A stretch of DNA of 64,000 bases, taken from contig CAVUKB010000005.1 in NCBI GenBank assembly GCA_963741955.1, positions 384,001 to 448,000 on the forward strand. The letters run 5' to 3'. Both the position numbers and the translations under genes were made by a program. Within the stretch, counting starts at the first letter, position 1. Every line of letters begins with the position of its first letter. This DNA is from an uncultured Acidobacteriota bacterium (lineage in GTDB: Bacteria > Acidobacteriota > Thermoanaerobaculia > Gp7-AA8). Shown piece after piece: positions 47,981 through 57,732 of this stretch. The notes below the pieces were generated by a model, which saw only the letters and a list, made by a program, of their open reading frames with translations, had not been told where the DNA came from and did no database searches.

Positions 47981-48801
47981 ACCGCACCCAGCGCACGATC
48001 ATGTTTCTCTGCGGCGCAGCCGTGATGACCGTGCTGCTGGTCCTGGCGGTGCTGAGATTGCCGCCCGTGGGAGCGCGTCCGGACGAGCCCACCACCAACC
48101 CGCCGCGCGACGAGATCCATCGTTCCGCAGAAACGACCCACCGGCGGACCTCGCCTCCGCTTCCCCATCATGGCTACGGCGACACTCTCACCCGTCTCGC
48201 GCTCGCCCGTCGCCACGTCACCAACGCCACGACCGCCGTCATCTTCGATTTCCGCGGCATCGACACTCTGGGCGAGGAGTTCGTTCTCTTCACCGCCACC
48301 GCCGGCGTCGTCCTCCTCCTCCGCCGTGGTGAGAAGAGTCGCAGGAAGAGCCATGTCGCCGGACCCGTCGGAGCCGACGTCCGCCTCGGCGCGTATGGCG
48401 CGATCCCTCTCACCCTCGTCTTCGGCATCTATCTCGCGCTCAACGGTCACCTCGGGATGGGAGGCGGTTTTCAGGGAGGTGTGGTGCTCTTCGACTGCTG
48501 GATGATCTATTACGTCGTGGCCGGCTCCGAGGCCTACCACCGCGCCGCGCGGGACGACGTCGCCGATCTCCTGGAAGGTGCCGCTGCAGCGGGATTCGCT
48601 CTGGTCGGTCTCTCCGCGGTGGCCACCGGAGCCGCATTCCTCACCAACGTCCTTCCGTTCGGCAGGCTCGGCGATCTTCTCTCCGGAGGCACCATTCCGG
48701 TGATCGACTCGCTCGTTGCGATCGAAGTCGCGGCGGCGCTGATCGTGATTTTCACTCAGTTCGTTCAGCAGCTCGAGCGACCGCAGAGGAGTGAGCGGTG
48801 A
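47977..48801 (+). CDS. Mrp/Mnh subunit B-like (MbhE+MbhF-type fusion)
   Basis: FDFRGIDTLGEEFVL and GHLGMGGGFQGG. Confidence 0.88.
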   Translation: MNRTQRTIMFLCGAAVMTVLLVLAVLRLPPVGARPDEPTTNPPRDEIHRSAETTHRRTSPPLPHHGYGDTLTRLALARRHVTNATTAVIFDFRGIDTLGEEFVLFTATAGVVLLLRRGEKSRRKSHVAGPVGADVRLGAYGAIPLTLVFGIYLALNGHLGMGGGFQGGVVLFDCWMIYYVVAGSEAYHRAARDDVADLLEGAAAAGFALVGLSAVATGAAFLTNVLPFGRLGDLLSGGTIPVIDSLVAIEVAAALIVIFTQFVQQLERPQRSER

Positions 48802-49145
48802 TGTCGCTCCTGCCGTATCTCGTCACTCTATGGCTGCTGATGGCGGGTCTCTACGGCGTGATCCGCAGCCGAAACCTGGTGCAGATGACCATCTGCCTAT
48901 GGGTGCTTCAGGCTTCGACGTACGTCCTCCTCCTTTCCATCGGATACGTCGCCGGAGCCGGCCCTCCGATTTTCGACCCGAGGCACATCGCACTCCCTTC
49001 GGTCGATCCGGTGGTACAGGCGATGACACTGACCGACATCGTCATCGGCGCGACGCTCACCGCCCTTCTTCTCGCCATGGCGGTCGAGCTGGAGATCCAG
49101 GCGGGGAAGACGAGCTCCGAGAACTCTCGCCCCCTGAGGAGATAG
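48798..49145 (+). CDS. Mrp/Mnh subunit C
   Basis: GLYG...RNL, DPVVQAMTLTDIVIG. Confidence 0.9.
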   Translation: MMSLLPYLVTLWLLMAGLYGVIRSRNLVQMTICLWVLQASTYVLLLSIGYVAGAGPPIFDPRHIALPSVDPVVQAMTLTDIVIGATLTALLLAMAVELEIQAGKTSSENSRPLRR

Positions 49146-51173
49146 ATGGAGCACCTCGCCGCCTTCGCCTTCGCCGTTCCTCTCGTCGTGGCCGGCCTCC
49201 TCGTGGCCGGATCGAGCCGGATCCCGCGCGTGGTGGTCGATCTCGCGACCCTCGGGACTGCGATCTTTTCGACGACGTGCTGCATCATTCTCTTCGTCGC
49301 GTCGAGAGGTGCGCCGCTCGTCTACTGGTTCGGCGAATGGACTCCGCGAGGTCGCGCCGCGATCGGAATCGACTTCGTGGTCGACTCGCTCGGAGCCGGC
49401 GTCGCCTCGGTTGCCGGACTCCTGGTCGTCTTCGCACTGATCTACTCGATCCGTTACTTCGACGAGGTGAAGGCGCTCTTCCACGCGCTGATGCTGATCT
49501 TCCTCGCGTCGATGACCGCGTTCTCCTTCGCGGGCGATCTCTTCAACATCTTCGTCTTCTTCGAGCTTATGAGCATCTCCGCCTTCGCTCTCACCGGCTA
49601 CAAGATCGAAGAGGACTCGCTGGAGGGAGCATTCAACTTCGGGATCACCAACAGCATCGCGGGCTTTCTCCTCCTCACCTCGATCGGCTATCTCTATGCC
49701 CGGACCGGAAGTCTGAATCTCGCCGGGATGGGCGATCGCCTCTCGCTATCCCCTCACGATCCCCTCGTCGCGATGGCGTTCGTGTTCGGCATCACCGCGC
49801 TCTTCATCAAGGGAGGCATCGTCCCGTTCCACTTCTGGGTCGCCGACGCTCACGCCGTCGCACCGATTCCGGTCTGCGTCGTTCTTTCCGGAATCCTCGA
49901 CCCTCTCTGGATCTACGGAGCGACGCAGTTCTACTGGACGCTCTTCAGTGGCCCTCTCGAGCCGTTGCAGCATCGCCTCCGAATCCTCTTCCTGATCCTC
50001 GGGCTTCTCACCGCCGTCGTCGGCGCTCTGATGTGCTCCACCCAACGTCATCTCAAACGGATGCTTGCATTCTCGTCGGTGAGTCACATGGGAACCGTGC
50101 TGGCAGGATTCGCGTTCTTCGGCCCCGCCGCTCTCGCCGGCGCCTTGCTCTATCTCGCCGGACACGCGTTCATCAAAGGGAGCCTCTTCTTCGGAACCGG
50201 GAACCTGATGAACCGCTTCGGCTCGGTGGACGAGATCGACCTCTACGGGCGGGGAAAGGAGATGCGGGGGACAGGTCTTCTCTTTGCGATCGGCGGCCTC
50301 GCTCTGGGCGGACTTCCGCCGTTCGGAATCTGGTTCGCGGACACCATCGTCGATCACGAGATGACGCTACACGGCTTCTGGTGGAGTGGCGTCGTTCTCG
50401 TCGCGGCAACGGCGCTCACCGGGGCGACCGTTCTCCGCGCCGGGGGTCACGTCTTTCTCGGGGCAGGAACCATCGAAGATCTGCAGAAAAAGGCACCGAC
50501 CGCCGACGAGAGAAAGGAGACGTCGGGATCGAGCGGGAGAACGCCCCTGGTGATGATCCTCCCGGTGCTCCTGACTCTTCTCGCCGCACTTCTTCCGGCC
50601 ACCATCCGGCCGGTACCGGCCGCGTTCCGTGAAGCCGCAGAGCACTTCGTCGATCGTTCCGAGTATGCGGCACTGGTCCTGGACGGACGAGTCCCCCCTC
50701 CTGCCGTCGAAGCGCAGCCACGAGGCGCAACGCAGATCGGCGATGCGGCGCTGCGCGGCCTTCTGGCGACAGGGCTGATGCTCGTGATGGCGACCTGGAT
50801 GCTCCTCCGCGCTCCGGCCGTTCGCCGGCCGCGCTCGCGCAATACCGCGGGCATCATCGTCCGGCCTCTGCGCAAATCGCTCGAGCTCCTCGGCCGTCTT
50901 CACAGCGGAAAGGTCGCCGACTACGTCGCCTGGATCGTGGTCGGAGTCGCGGTTCTCGGTCTCGTCCTGATCTTCCCGCCATGCGCCGCGTCCAGCCCGC
51001 GAGGTCCGAGAGGTTCAGACCTCGAAGGGCCGAGCGTGTCGTGCGTAGCGCCGGTATCGAGGCCCGGTCTTTCAATTCGCGCAAATGAAATCCTGATCAC
51101 CCGCAGTACGTCCGTCCATCCGATATCGTCGCGACGGAGACACCCGCCCGTCCACAGCAAATCGCGCAAATGA
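49146..51173 (+). CDS. Mrp/Mnh subunit D-like proton-translocating subunit; C-terminus runs into a repeat array
   Basis: DLFNIFVFFELM, KGGIVPFHFW.ADAH, KRMLAFSSVSH, HAFIKGSLF, GLPPFG. Confidence 0.9.
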   Translation: MEHLAAFAFAVPLVVAGLLVAGSSRIPRVVVDLATLGTAIFSTTCCIILFVASRGAPLVYWFGEWTPRGRAAIGIDFVVDSLGAGVASVAGLLVVFALIYSIRYFDEVKALFHALMLIFLASMTAFSFAGDLFNIFVFFELMSISAFALTGYKIEEDSLEGAFNFGITNSIAGFLLLTSIGYLYARTGSLNLAGMGDRLSLSPHDPLVAMAFVFGITALFIKGGIVPFHFWVADAHAVAPIPVCVVLSGILDPLWIYGATQFYWTLFSGPLEPLQHRLRILFLILGLLTAVVGALMCSTQRHLKRMLAFSSVSHMGTVLAGFAFFGPAALAGALLYLAGHAFIKGSLFFGTGNLMNRFGSVDEIDLYGRGKEMRGTGLLFAIGGLALGGLPPFGIWFADTIVDHEMTLHGFWWSGVVLVAATALTGATVLRAGGHVFLGAGTIEDLQKKAPTADERKETSGSSGRTPLVMILPVLLTLLAALLPATIRPVPAAFREAAEHFVDRSEYAALVLDGRVPPPAVEAQPRGATQIGDAALRGLLATGLMLVMATWMLLRAPAVRRPRSRNTAGIIVRPLRKSLELLGRLHSGKVADYVAWIVVGVAVLGLVLIFPPCAASSPRGPRGSDLEGPSVSCVAPVSRPGLSIRANEILITRSTSVHPISSRRRHPPVHSKSRK

Positions 51174-52072
51174 AATCGCGTTCGCGCGCGGTCCGTCTCT
51201 CCACCACGAATCGTCCGCCGCGCAGGCTCTCGTCCATCCATGGCAAATCCGTCCCCCGCGCCTGACGGCGGGGCCTAACGAGATGAGGCCCTTCGCACTG
51301 TCCCGCCCCATGATCCCGAGAGCCGGTACTCCCGGTCTTTCAATTCGCGCAAATGAAATCCTGATCACGCGCAGTACGTCCGTCCATCCGATATCGCCGC
51401 GACGGAGACACCCGCCCGTCCACAGCAATTCGCGCAAATGAAATCGCGTTCGCGTCGGGCCATCTCTCCACCACGAATCGTCCGCCGCGCAGGCTCTCGT
51501 CCATCCATGGCAAATCCGTCCCCCGCGCCTGACGGCGGGGCCTAACGAGATGAGGCCCTTCGCACTGTCCCGCCCCATGATCCCGAGAGCCCGTACTCCC
51601 GGTCTTTCAAATCGCGCAAATGAAATCCTGATCACCCGCAGTACGTCCGTCCATCCGATATCGCCGCGACGGAGACACCCGCCCGTCCTCAGCAATTCGC
51701 GCAAATGAAATCGCGTTCGCGCGCGGTCCGTCTCTCCACCACGAATCGTCCGCCGCGCAGACTCTCGTCCATCCATGGCAAATCGGTCCCCCGCGCCTGA
51801 CGGCGGGGCCTAACGAGATGAGGCCCTTCGCACTGTCCCGCCCCATGATCCCGAGAGCCCGTACTCCCGGTCTTTCAAATCGCGCAAATGCAATCCTGAT
51901 CACGCGCAGTAAGTCCGTCCATCCGATATCGCCGCGACGGAGACACCCTCCCGTCCACAGCAATTCGCGCAAATGAAATCGCGTTCGCGCGCGGTCCATC
52001 TCTCCACCACGAATCGTCCGCCGCGCAGGCTCTCGTCCATCCATGGCAAATCCGTCCCCCCGCGCCTGACGG
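51063..52072. repeat. Tandem array of about 3.8 x 268-bp units
   Basis: Units start at 51063, 51331, 51598 and 51866 (268/267/268 bp); near-identical; each has two TCGCGCAAATGAAATC boxes. Confidence 0.95.
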
Positions 52073-52166
52073 AACGATCGCTCATTCGGGTGACGACAAA
52101 ACGGCCCATCGGGTTCATAGTGGAAAGATCGAATCTGCGGCAACGCACGACTCTCGAGGTGATCTC

Positions 52167-52697
52167 ATGCCCATACGTGGAGATCTGAAGAGCATGCACG
52201 TAGGCGAACTGCTCGTGTGGATCGGACAGTTTCACAAGAGCGGCATGCTCGAGCTCCGCACCGCTGAGGGAGTGCACTCACTGGCCTTCGAACAGGGAAA
52301 CCTGATCTTCTCCGCCTCGCCAACCGAGGAAGGAACTCTCGGCCGGCTCCTGATCGAGCGGGGCGCGGTGAGCGAAGAGGAATACCAGAACGCGAGGGAC
52401 GAGAGAGAGAGGCGATCCGTCGCCGTCGCGAAGATCCTTCGCGATCTCCAGCTCCTTTCGGAGGAAGATGCGATTCGATTCCTGAGGAAGAAGGCAGAGA
52501 AGGAGCTCTTCACTCTGCTCCAATGCACCGACGGCGAGTTCTGCTTCGACGAGTCGATCATGCCGCAGCTCGATCTGCTTCCTCTCAGGCTGGACCTCGA
52601 CGGCGTGCTTCTCCGGGTCACGCAACACATCGATGAAAAAGGTGAGTATGATTTCGACTCGTCCGGGATCCACGTACGGCTCCCGAAAGAGAGGTAA
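52167..52697 (+). CDS. DUF4388 domain protein
   Basis: IRGDLKSMHVGELL...KSGML, FEQGNL, LGRLL, DGEFCF; GAGGTG RBS. Confidence 0.85.
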   Translation: MPIRGDLKSMHVGELLVWIGQFHKSGMLELRTAEGVHSLAFEQGNLIFSASPTEEGTLGRLLIERGAVSEEEYQNARDERERRSVAVAKILRDLQLLSEEDAIRFLRKKAEKELFTLLQCTDGEFCFDESIMPQLDLLPLRLDLDGVLLRVTQHIDEKGEYDFDSSGIHVRLPKER

Positions 52698-52702
52698 GCG
52701 TC

Positions 52703-53254
52703 ATGCACGGTCAGGACACGGTCCGCTCACTCAGCCACCGGTTCGTACGGTCGTGGAAAGGCCGAAGCGCGCTGTTCATCGCCGTGATCGGCGGTCTCTT
52801 GCTGACCTCGTGCGCCTCGACCGGCCGCCCCGGCACCGGCGACCTCTCGTTCCGGATCACGTGGACCGGCCGCGCCGATGTCGACCTCTACGTCGAGAGC
52901 CCTCTCCGCGAGCCGGTGAACTACGTCCAGAACCGCGCCGCCTCCGGCGGATGGCTGGACATCGACTGCAACGTCCACGGCGTCAGCATGTGCGGAACAC
53001 CGATGGAGAACGTCTTCTGGCCGCGCGGCCGCGCACCGAAGGGGACATATCGATTCTGGGTTCAGCTTTCGAATCCTGAAGGACTGACCCCCGACGATCG
53101 TTACACTCTCGAAGTCCGGCGGGGAGAGCGGGTGGTCTGGTCGACTCAGGGCCAGGTTGTGGATCTCCCGGCCCACGTGCCGAATTTCGAAGTGGAGTTC
53201 CCCTCCTTCACCGTCCAGCCAATCGAACCCGAACGTTCCTATCAGACGAACTGA
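52703..53254 (+). CDS. Putative lipoprotein, DUF2135/YfaP-like domain
   Basis: Lipobox LLTSC; WTGRADVDLYVESP, LDID, ENVFW, GTYRFWV. Confidence 0.72.
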   Translation: MHGQDTVRSLSHRFVRSWKGRSALFIAVIGGLLLTSCASTGRPGTGDLSFRITWTGRADVDLYVESPLREPVNYVQNRAASGGWLDIDCNVHGVSMCGTPMENVFWPRGRAPKGTYRFWVQLSNPEGLTPDDRYTLEVRRGERVVWSTQGQVVDLPAHVPNFEVEFPSFTVQPIEPERSYQTN

Positions 53255-53337
53255 AGCCGCTGCTCCGAAAATCTATCTTCACGGTCGAACGCCCTCGAAC
53301 GCGGTATCTCCACGACTCGCGCCGGCCTGAAGAACGC

Positions 53338-53811
53338 TCAATGACAGTGTTGTGCGGAGAGGTGGCCGGATGCGGTTTCTCCCGAACCGCTGCGGCACGT
53401 GAACGCGACGTCGGCGTGCAGATCGTGGATCTCGTTGACCTCCCAACCTGTCCGGCCGAGCGACACCGCGAGCTCGGAACAGTCTGACGCGGTGAATACG
53501 ACTCCAGGTTCTTCCGGCCGTCCCGCATCGAAAAGTCGCAGACGTGCCGCTCCCGATGGATCGAGAATGAACCGCGCAATCGTACCGTCCGCGTCGCCGA
53601 AATCGGCGCCGTAGAAAAACTCGTACTCTCCCGAGCGGCAGCTCACCGGCGCGAATTCCCGATCCCCCAGAGCCTTACCGTGCAGCGTCGCAGTGCCACT
53701 CACTTCCGGGTGCATGACGGCCGTCAATCCTCCCGTTCTGCATCCTCCGCCGAGGAGTGCGAGCGTGACCGCCAGCAGCAGAGCATTCGACCATTGCGAT
53801 CTCATCGTCAT
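53338..53811 (-). CDS. Putative lipoprotein
   Basis: Signal peptide ending LLGGGC; four further Cys. Confidence 0.65.
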   Translation of the reverse strand: MTMRSQWSNALLLAVTLALLGGGCRTGGLTAVMHPEVSGTATLHGKALGDREFAPVSCRSGEYEFFYGADFGDADGTIARFILDPSGAARLRLFDAGRPEEPGVVFTASDCSELAVSLGRTGWEVNEIHDLHADVAFTCRSGSGETASGHLSAQHCH

Positions 53812-53895
53812 CGGACCGATTCACCCGAAATCCGGAAGATCTGCCGGATCAAGACGAGGAGCGCCGCACGGCAGGCGGCGTTCCTCACTCCAGGT

Positions 53896-55515
53896 TCACT
53901 TCTTCGCTCCGGCCTTCGTCAGCAGCTTCACGTTCTCGGTGCAGTTCATCGCTCCGGCCATCATCAGCGCCGACGCACCGCCTGCGGACTTCGCATTCGG
54001 GTTCGCGCCCGCGTCCAGAAGCGCTTTGACCAGATCCGTCATCCCACATCTCTGGGATGCCCAGATCAGAGGGGTCGATCCGTTCTCGTCCTTCGCATTC
54101 ACGTCTGCGCCCGCCTTGATCAGGAAGACCCCGAGCGCGGGATCCGAGAGCGTCGACGCCGCAAGCAGAGGCGTCGTCGCGTGATCGATCGAGCTCTTCG
54201 AGTTCACGCTCAGGCCGTAGTCCAGAAACGCCTGCGCCGCTTCGAAGTTTCCCTCGTGCGCACTCGCCACGAACTGATCCTCGGTGAGCTCCCGGTATCC
54301 GAGCTCGTCGAGCTTCGCGGCCGCGGCTTCCTTCTGTTCGGCCGAGACCACTCGCTGCGCCGCAGCCTTCTTCACCGGAGCGGCCTTCCCACCGAGGAGC
54401 GCAGCGACATCCGGATGATCGGACGACCATTTCGCGGCGGTCCGTCCCACCCGGTCCTTGATCTTCGGATCGGCGCCGGCTGCGAGAAGTCTCTGGACGA
54501 CGTCGGCGTAACCAGCCTTCGCAGCCTGCATGAGAGGCGTATAGCCATCGGGCTTCGAGCGGACATTCACGTCCGCCTTTGCCGCGATCAGCTTCGCGAC
54601 CGCGCCGTCGTGTCCTTCTTCGGCCGCCGCGAGAAGCGCCGTCTTCCCGTCATACGTGGTGCGGGCGTTGACGTCGGAGCCCGAAGCCAGGAGCGCTTCG
54701 ACCGCTGCGGTGATCGCGGACTCCTCGACGTGGAACGACTCCATCCTGCTCCGCGGGATCCCGGCCATCGCAATCAGTGCCGTCCGTCCGGTATTCGACT
54801 CCTTTGCCTTCACGTCGGCTCCGGCTTCGAGGAGGAGTCGCACCGATTCCGTCTCTCCCCCGTCCGCCGCGGCGATCAGAGGAGTGGTACCGTCGGCGTT
54901 CGGCGTATTCAGGTTCGCTTTGGCCGCGATCAGTACCGGTGTGGTGCTGCGTCCATACGAAGCGGAAAGAAACAGCGGCGTCTCGCCCTTCCCATTCGGC
55001 GCGTCGACCCTGGCGCCGGCGTCGAGGAGGACCTTCAGCCGTGCCGGCTGATCCGCGATCACCGCTTCGTGCACGATCGTATTGCCGTCTTCGTACACCG
55101 TTTCGAGGCTGGCTCCGGCGGCGACGAGCAGCGGCGTGGCGTTGGCTCCGATCTGCCCGCTGTGGATGTCCGCGAACAGCGGGGTCTTGCCGTCCTGGTC
55201 CGCCAGGTTGACGCTGGCCTTCGCCTTCAGAAGCATCGCGACGAGTTTCGCATTGTCATCGTCCGCGGCCTCGAGCAGCGGCGTCCGTCCGGACGAGTCG
55301 CGCGAGTCGGGGTCCATCCCGGCTTTCAGAAAGAGCTCGACCGCTTTTGCGTCACCACTGTCCGCGACGCTGACCATCTCCGCGGGAGTGAAGTCGTGTC
55401 CCATCTTCTGCAGTTTCTTGCGGGCGGATGCAGCCTCGTCGGCCAGCACCGCCGGGGCTCCGACGATGAATAGAGCGAGAACGAGCGCGCAAACGCGGGA
55501 CGTACGTGACGTCAT
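53896..55515 (-). CDS. Exported ankyrin-repeat protein
   Basis: GGAGGTG RBS, signal peptide, many G.TPL..AA...LL.AGAD.N repeats in two blocks. Confidence 0.92.
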   Translation of the reverse strand: MTSRTSRVCALVLALFIVGAPAVLADEAASARKKLQKMGHDFTPAEMVSVADSGDAKAVELFLKAGMDPDSRDSSGRTPLLEAADDDNAKLVAMLLKAKASVNLADQDGKTPLFADIHSGQIGANATPLLVAAGASLETVYEDGNTIVHEAVIADQPARLKVLLDAGARVDAPNGKGETPLFLSASYGRSTTPVLIAAKANLNTPNADGTTPLIAAADGGETESVRLLLEAGADVKAKESNTGRTALIAMAGIPRSRMESFHVEESAITAAVEALLASGSDVNARTTYDGKTALLAAAEEGHDGAVAKLIAAKADVNVRSKPDGYTPLMQAAKAGYADVVQRLLAAGADPKIKDRVGRTAAKWSSDHPDVAALLGGKAAPVKKAAAQRVVSAEQKEAAAAKLDELGYRELTEDQFVASAHEGNFEAAQAFLDYGLSVNSKSSIDHATTPLLAASTLSDPALGVFLIKAGADVNAKDENGSTPLIWASQRCGMTDLVKALLDAGANPNAKSAGGASALMMAGAMNCTENVKLLTKAGAKK

Positions 55516-55686
55516 CCGGCACCTCCAGTTCGATTCCAGGGAATGCGAGAGCGTAAACCTGCGCCCGGCGTAAATCAATCGAAATTCACGAGCTGACCCC
55601 CACCACTCCCGAATTTCCGATGTTTCCGCTTCTCCAGCGCCGTACCACCCGGAGCGGGTGAGCCGGCGATCGGCCGCATTCCGCAT

Positions 55687-55720
55687 CCGCAGCAGAGACG
55701 ATGTGAGAAATGCGGGCTAG
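55687..55720. repeat. Isolated right end of the 32662-32846 element
   Basis: CCGCAGCAGAGACGATGTGAGAAATGCGGGCTAG vs 32813-32846, two mismatches. Confidence 0.85.
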
Positions 55721-56064
55721 GAGTCTGCGCGATAGGAACGTCCGTCGCGAGAAAGCGAAGCAGCGAGGCCAAATTCGATCGGATTTGAGGTGCGTAGCGG
55801 TGGCTACTCGCCGAAAATCCGGACGAATTTGGACCGCTGATCCGCTTTCGCAGCAGGACAGTTTCTACCGCGCAGACTCCCAGGGAAGAACGGGCGAAGA
55901 GCCGCCGGGCGCAGGACCGCTATAATCGTCGCTGCCCGTCGCGGCGACACCCTTCGAACGAAACGGACTTCGTCGAACGATCGTGCCTGCCGCGGTCCAC
56001 CAACCAATGGGAACGCGGGGCCGGCCCCGGGCCGTCCGTGGCGCTCCCGGGAGAACGAAACGAA

Positions 56065-57732
56065 ATGAGACTTGCCGTCCGCCTCTTCTTCATCCTGTTC
56101 CTCTTGAGCCTTCCCTCCTTCGCACAACAGACCAAGCCGACGCGCCAGCGGGTCGAGAAAACTCCGCAGACGACCCGGTCGAAGCAACCCGCCGAGCAGT
56201 CTCCGCAAACCCGGCACTCGGAGCAAACCCCCGCACCGGAGTCGCACGTCTCCGCGATGCCGAATGCCGGGGGCCGCGATTTCCACTTCGACATGACCGA
56301 ACAGCCCCCGGTCGTGACGCATCACACCGCGACTGTCGGAGGAAAGACGATCCACTACACGGCCACCGCCGGCCGGCTCCCGATCAAGGATGCCGAGGGA
56401 AAGATCGAGGCGGAGATGTTTTTCGTCGCCTACACCCACGATGGAGCGGAGGCCGCCAGCCGGCCTCTCACGTTCGCCTTCAACGGGGGTCCCGGATCCG
56501 CATCGCTCTGGTTACACATGGGTGCGCTCGGCCCGCGCAAGGTCGCGCTGGAACCGGAGGGGTGGCTTCCACCTGCGCCATATCACCTGACGGACAATCC
56601 GTACACGCCTCTCGACGTCACGGACCTCGTGGTGGTCGACGCGATCGGCACCGGATACAGCCGCCCCGCGGATGCCGCAGCCGGAAAGAAGTTCTGGAAT
56701 CTTCCCGGAGACATCGAGTCGTTCGGGGAATTCATCCGCCTCTACATCAGCCGCTACGAGCGCTGGTCATCCCCTCTCTACCTCCTGGGCGAGAGCTACG
56801 GGACGACGCGTGCCGCGGGTATCTCGGGATACCTCACCGATCGCGGGATCAACTTCACCGGGATCATTCTCCTTTCCGAAGTGCTGAACTTCCAGACCCT
56901 GGAGTTCGCGAAGACGAACGACGTTCCGTACCCGCTGATCGTCCCGAGCTACACCATGATCGCGGCGTATCACGGAAAGCTCGCACCGGATCTGATGCAG
57001 GACCTCGCGAAGACGCGCGACGAAGTGACGCAGTGGGCGCTCGGACCGTATTGGGAAGCACTGAACAAAGGCGACGCGTTGACCCCGCAGGAGCGTGACG
57101 CCATCGCGACGCAGCTCGCGCGCTACACCGGTCTTACGAAGCAGATCGCCGATCTCGCGAACCTCCGCGTCGACGTCGGCACATTCACTCACTGGCTCCT
57201 CGCCGATCAGAAGCTGCGCGTCGGACGACTCGATGCGCGCTTCACCGGTCCGGATCCGAACGGCTGGATGGATACTCCGTTCTATGATCCGAGCGGCGGC
57301 GAGACCACCGCGCCGTTCACTTCGACGTTCTACGATTACGTCCGCCGCGACCTCGGCTACAAGGTCGACACGCCGTACTACACGTCCGCACGGCAGTCGG
57401 GGATGTTCAACTGGAGCTGGAACGCCCCGGCCGAAGGTCCGCGACGTCGCGGCGACGAGTCGGGCTATCCCGACACAGCATCGGCGCTCCGCGCCGCGAT
57501 GGTGAAGAACCATTGGCTGAAGGTCCTGGTGATGGAGGGCTACTACGATCTCGCCACGCCGTTCGCTGCCGCGAACTACACCATGAACCACCTCGATCTT
57601 CCTGCGGAGTACCGGAAGAACATCTCATATGCGACGTACGAGGCGGGACACATGGTGTATCTCCGGATGAAGTCTCTCGAGAAGTTCCACAGCGACGTCG
57701 CGAACTTCATCCACGCGACCAGCGGACAATAG
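56065..57732 (+). CDS. Secreted S10-family serine carboxypeptidase
   Basis: Signal peptide, FNGGPGSAS, GTGYS, GESYGT, GYYDLATP, YEAGHM; TATAAT at 55921. Confidence 0.93.
   Translation: MRLAVRLFFILFLLSLPSFAQQTKPTRQRVEKTPQTTRSKQPAEQSPQTRHSEQTPAPESHVSAMPNAGGRDFHFDMTEQPPVVTHHTATVGGKTIHYTATAGRLPIKDAEGKIEAEMFFVAYTHDGAEAASRPLTFAFNGGPGSASLWLHMGALGPRKVALEPEGWLPPAPYHLTDNPYTPLDVTDLVVVDAIGTGYSRPADAAAGKKFWNLPGDIESFGEFIRLYISRYERWSSPLYLLGESYGTTRAAGISGYLTDRGINFTGIILLSEVLNFQTLEFAKTNDVPYPLIVPSYTMIAAYHGKLAPDLMQDLAKTRDEVTQWALGPYWEALNKGDALTPQERDAIATQLARYTGLTKQIADLANLRVDVGTFTHWLLADQKLRVGRLDARFTGPDPNGWMDTPFYDPSGGETTAPFTSTFYDYVRRDLGYKVDTPYYTSARQSGMFNWSWNAPAEGPRRRGDESGYPDTASALRAAMVKNHWLKVLVMEGYYDLATPFAAANYTMNHLDLPAEYRKNISYATYEAGHMVYLRMKSLEKFHSDVANFIHATSGQ

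Noticed and set aside
51063-52072. CRISPR array or repeat-protein gene
   Set aside because: Sequences between the boxes are themselves repeated rather than unique, no cas genes are present, and unit lengths 268/267/268 break frame, so the minus-strand ORFs are artefacts.
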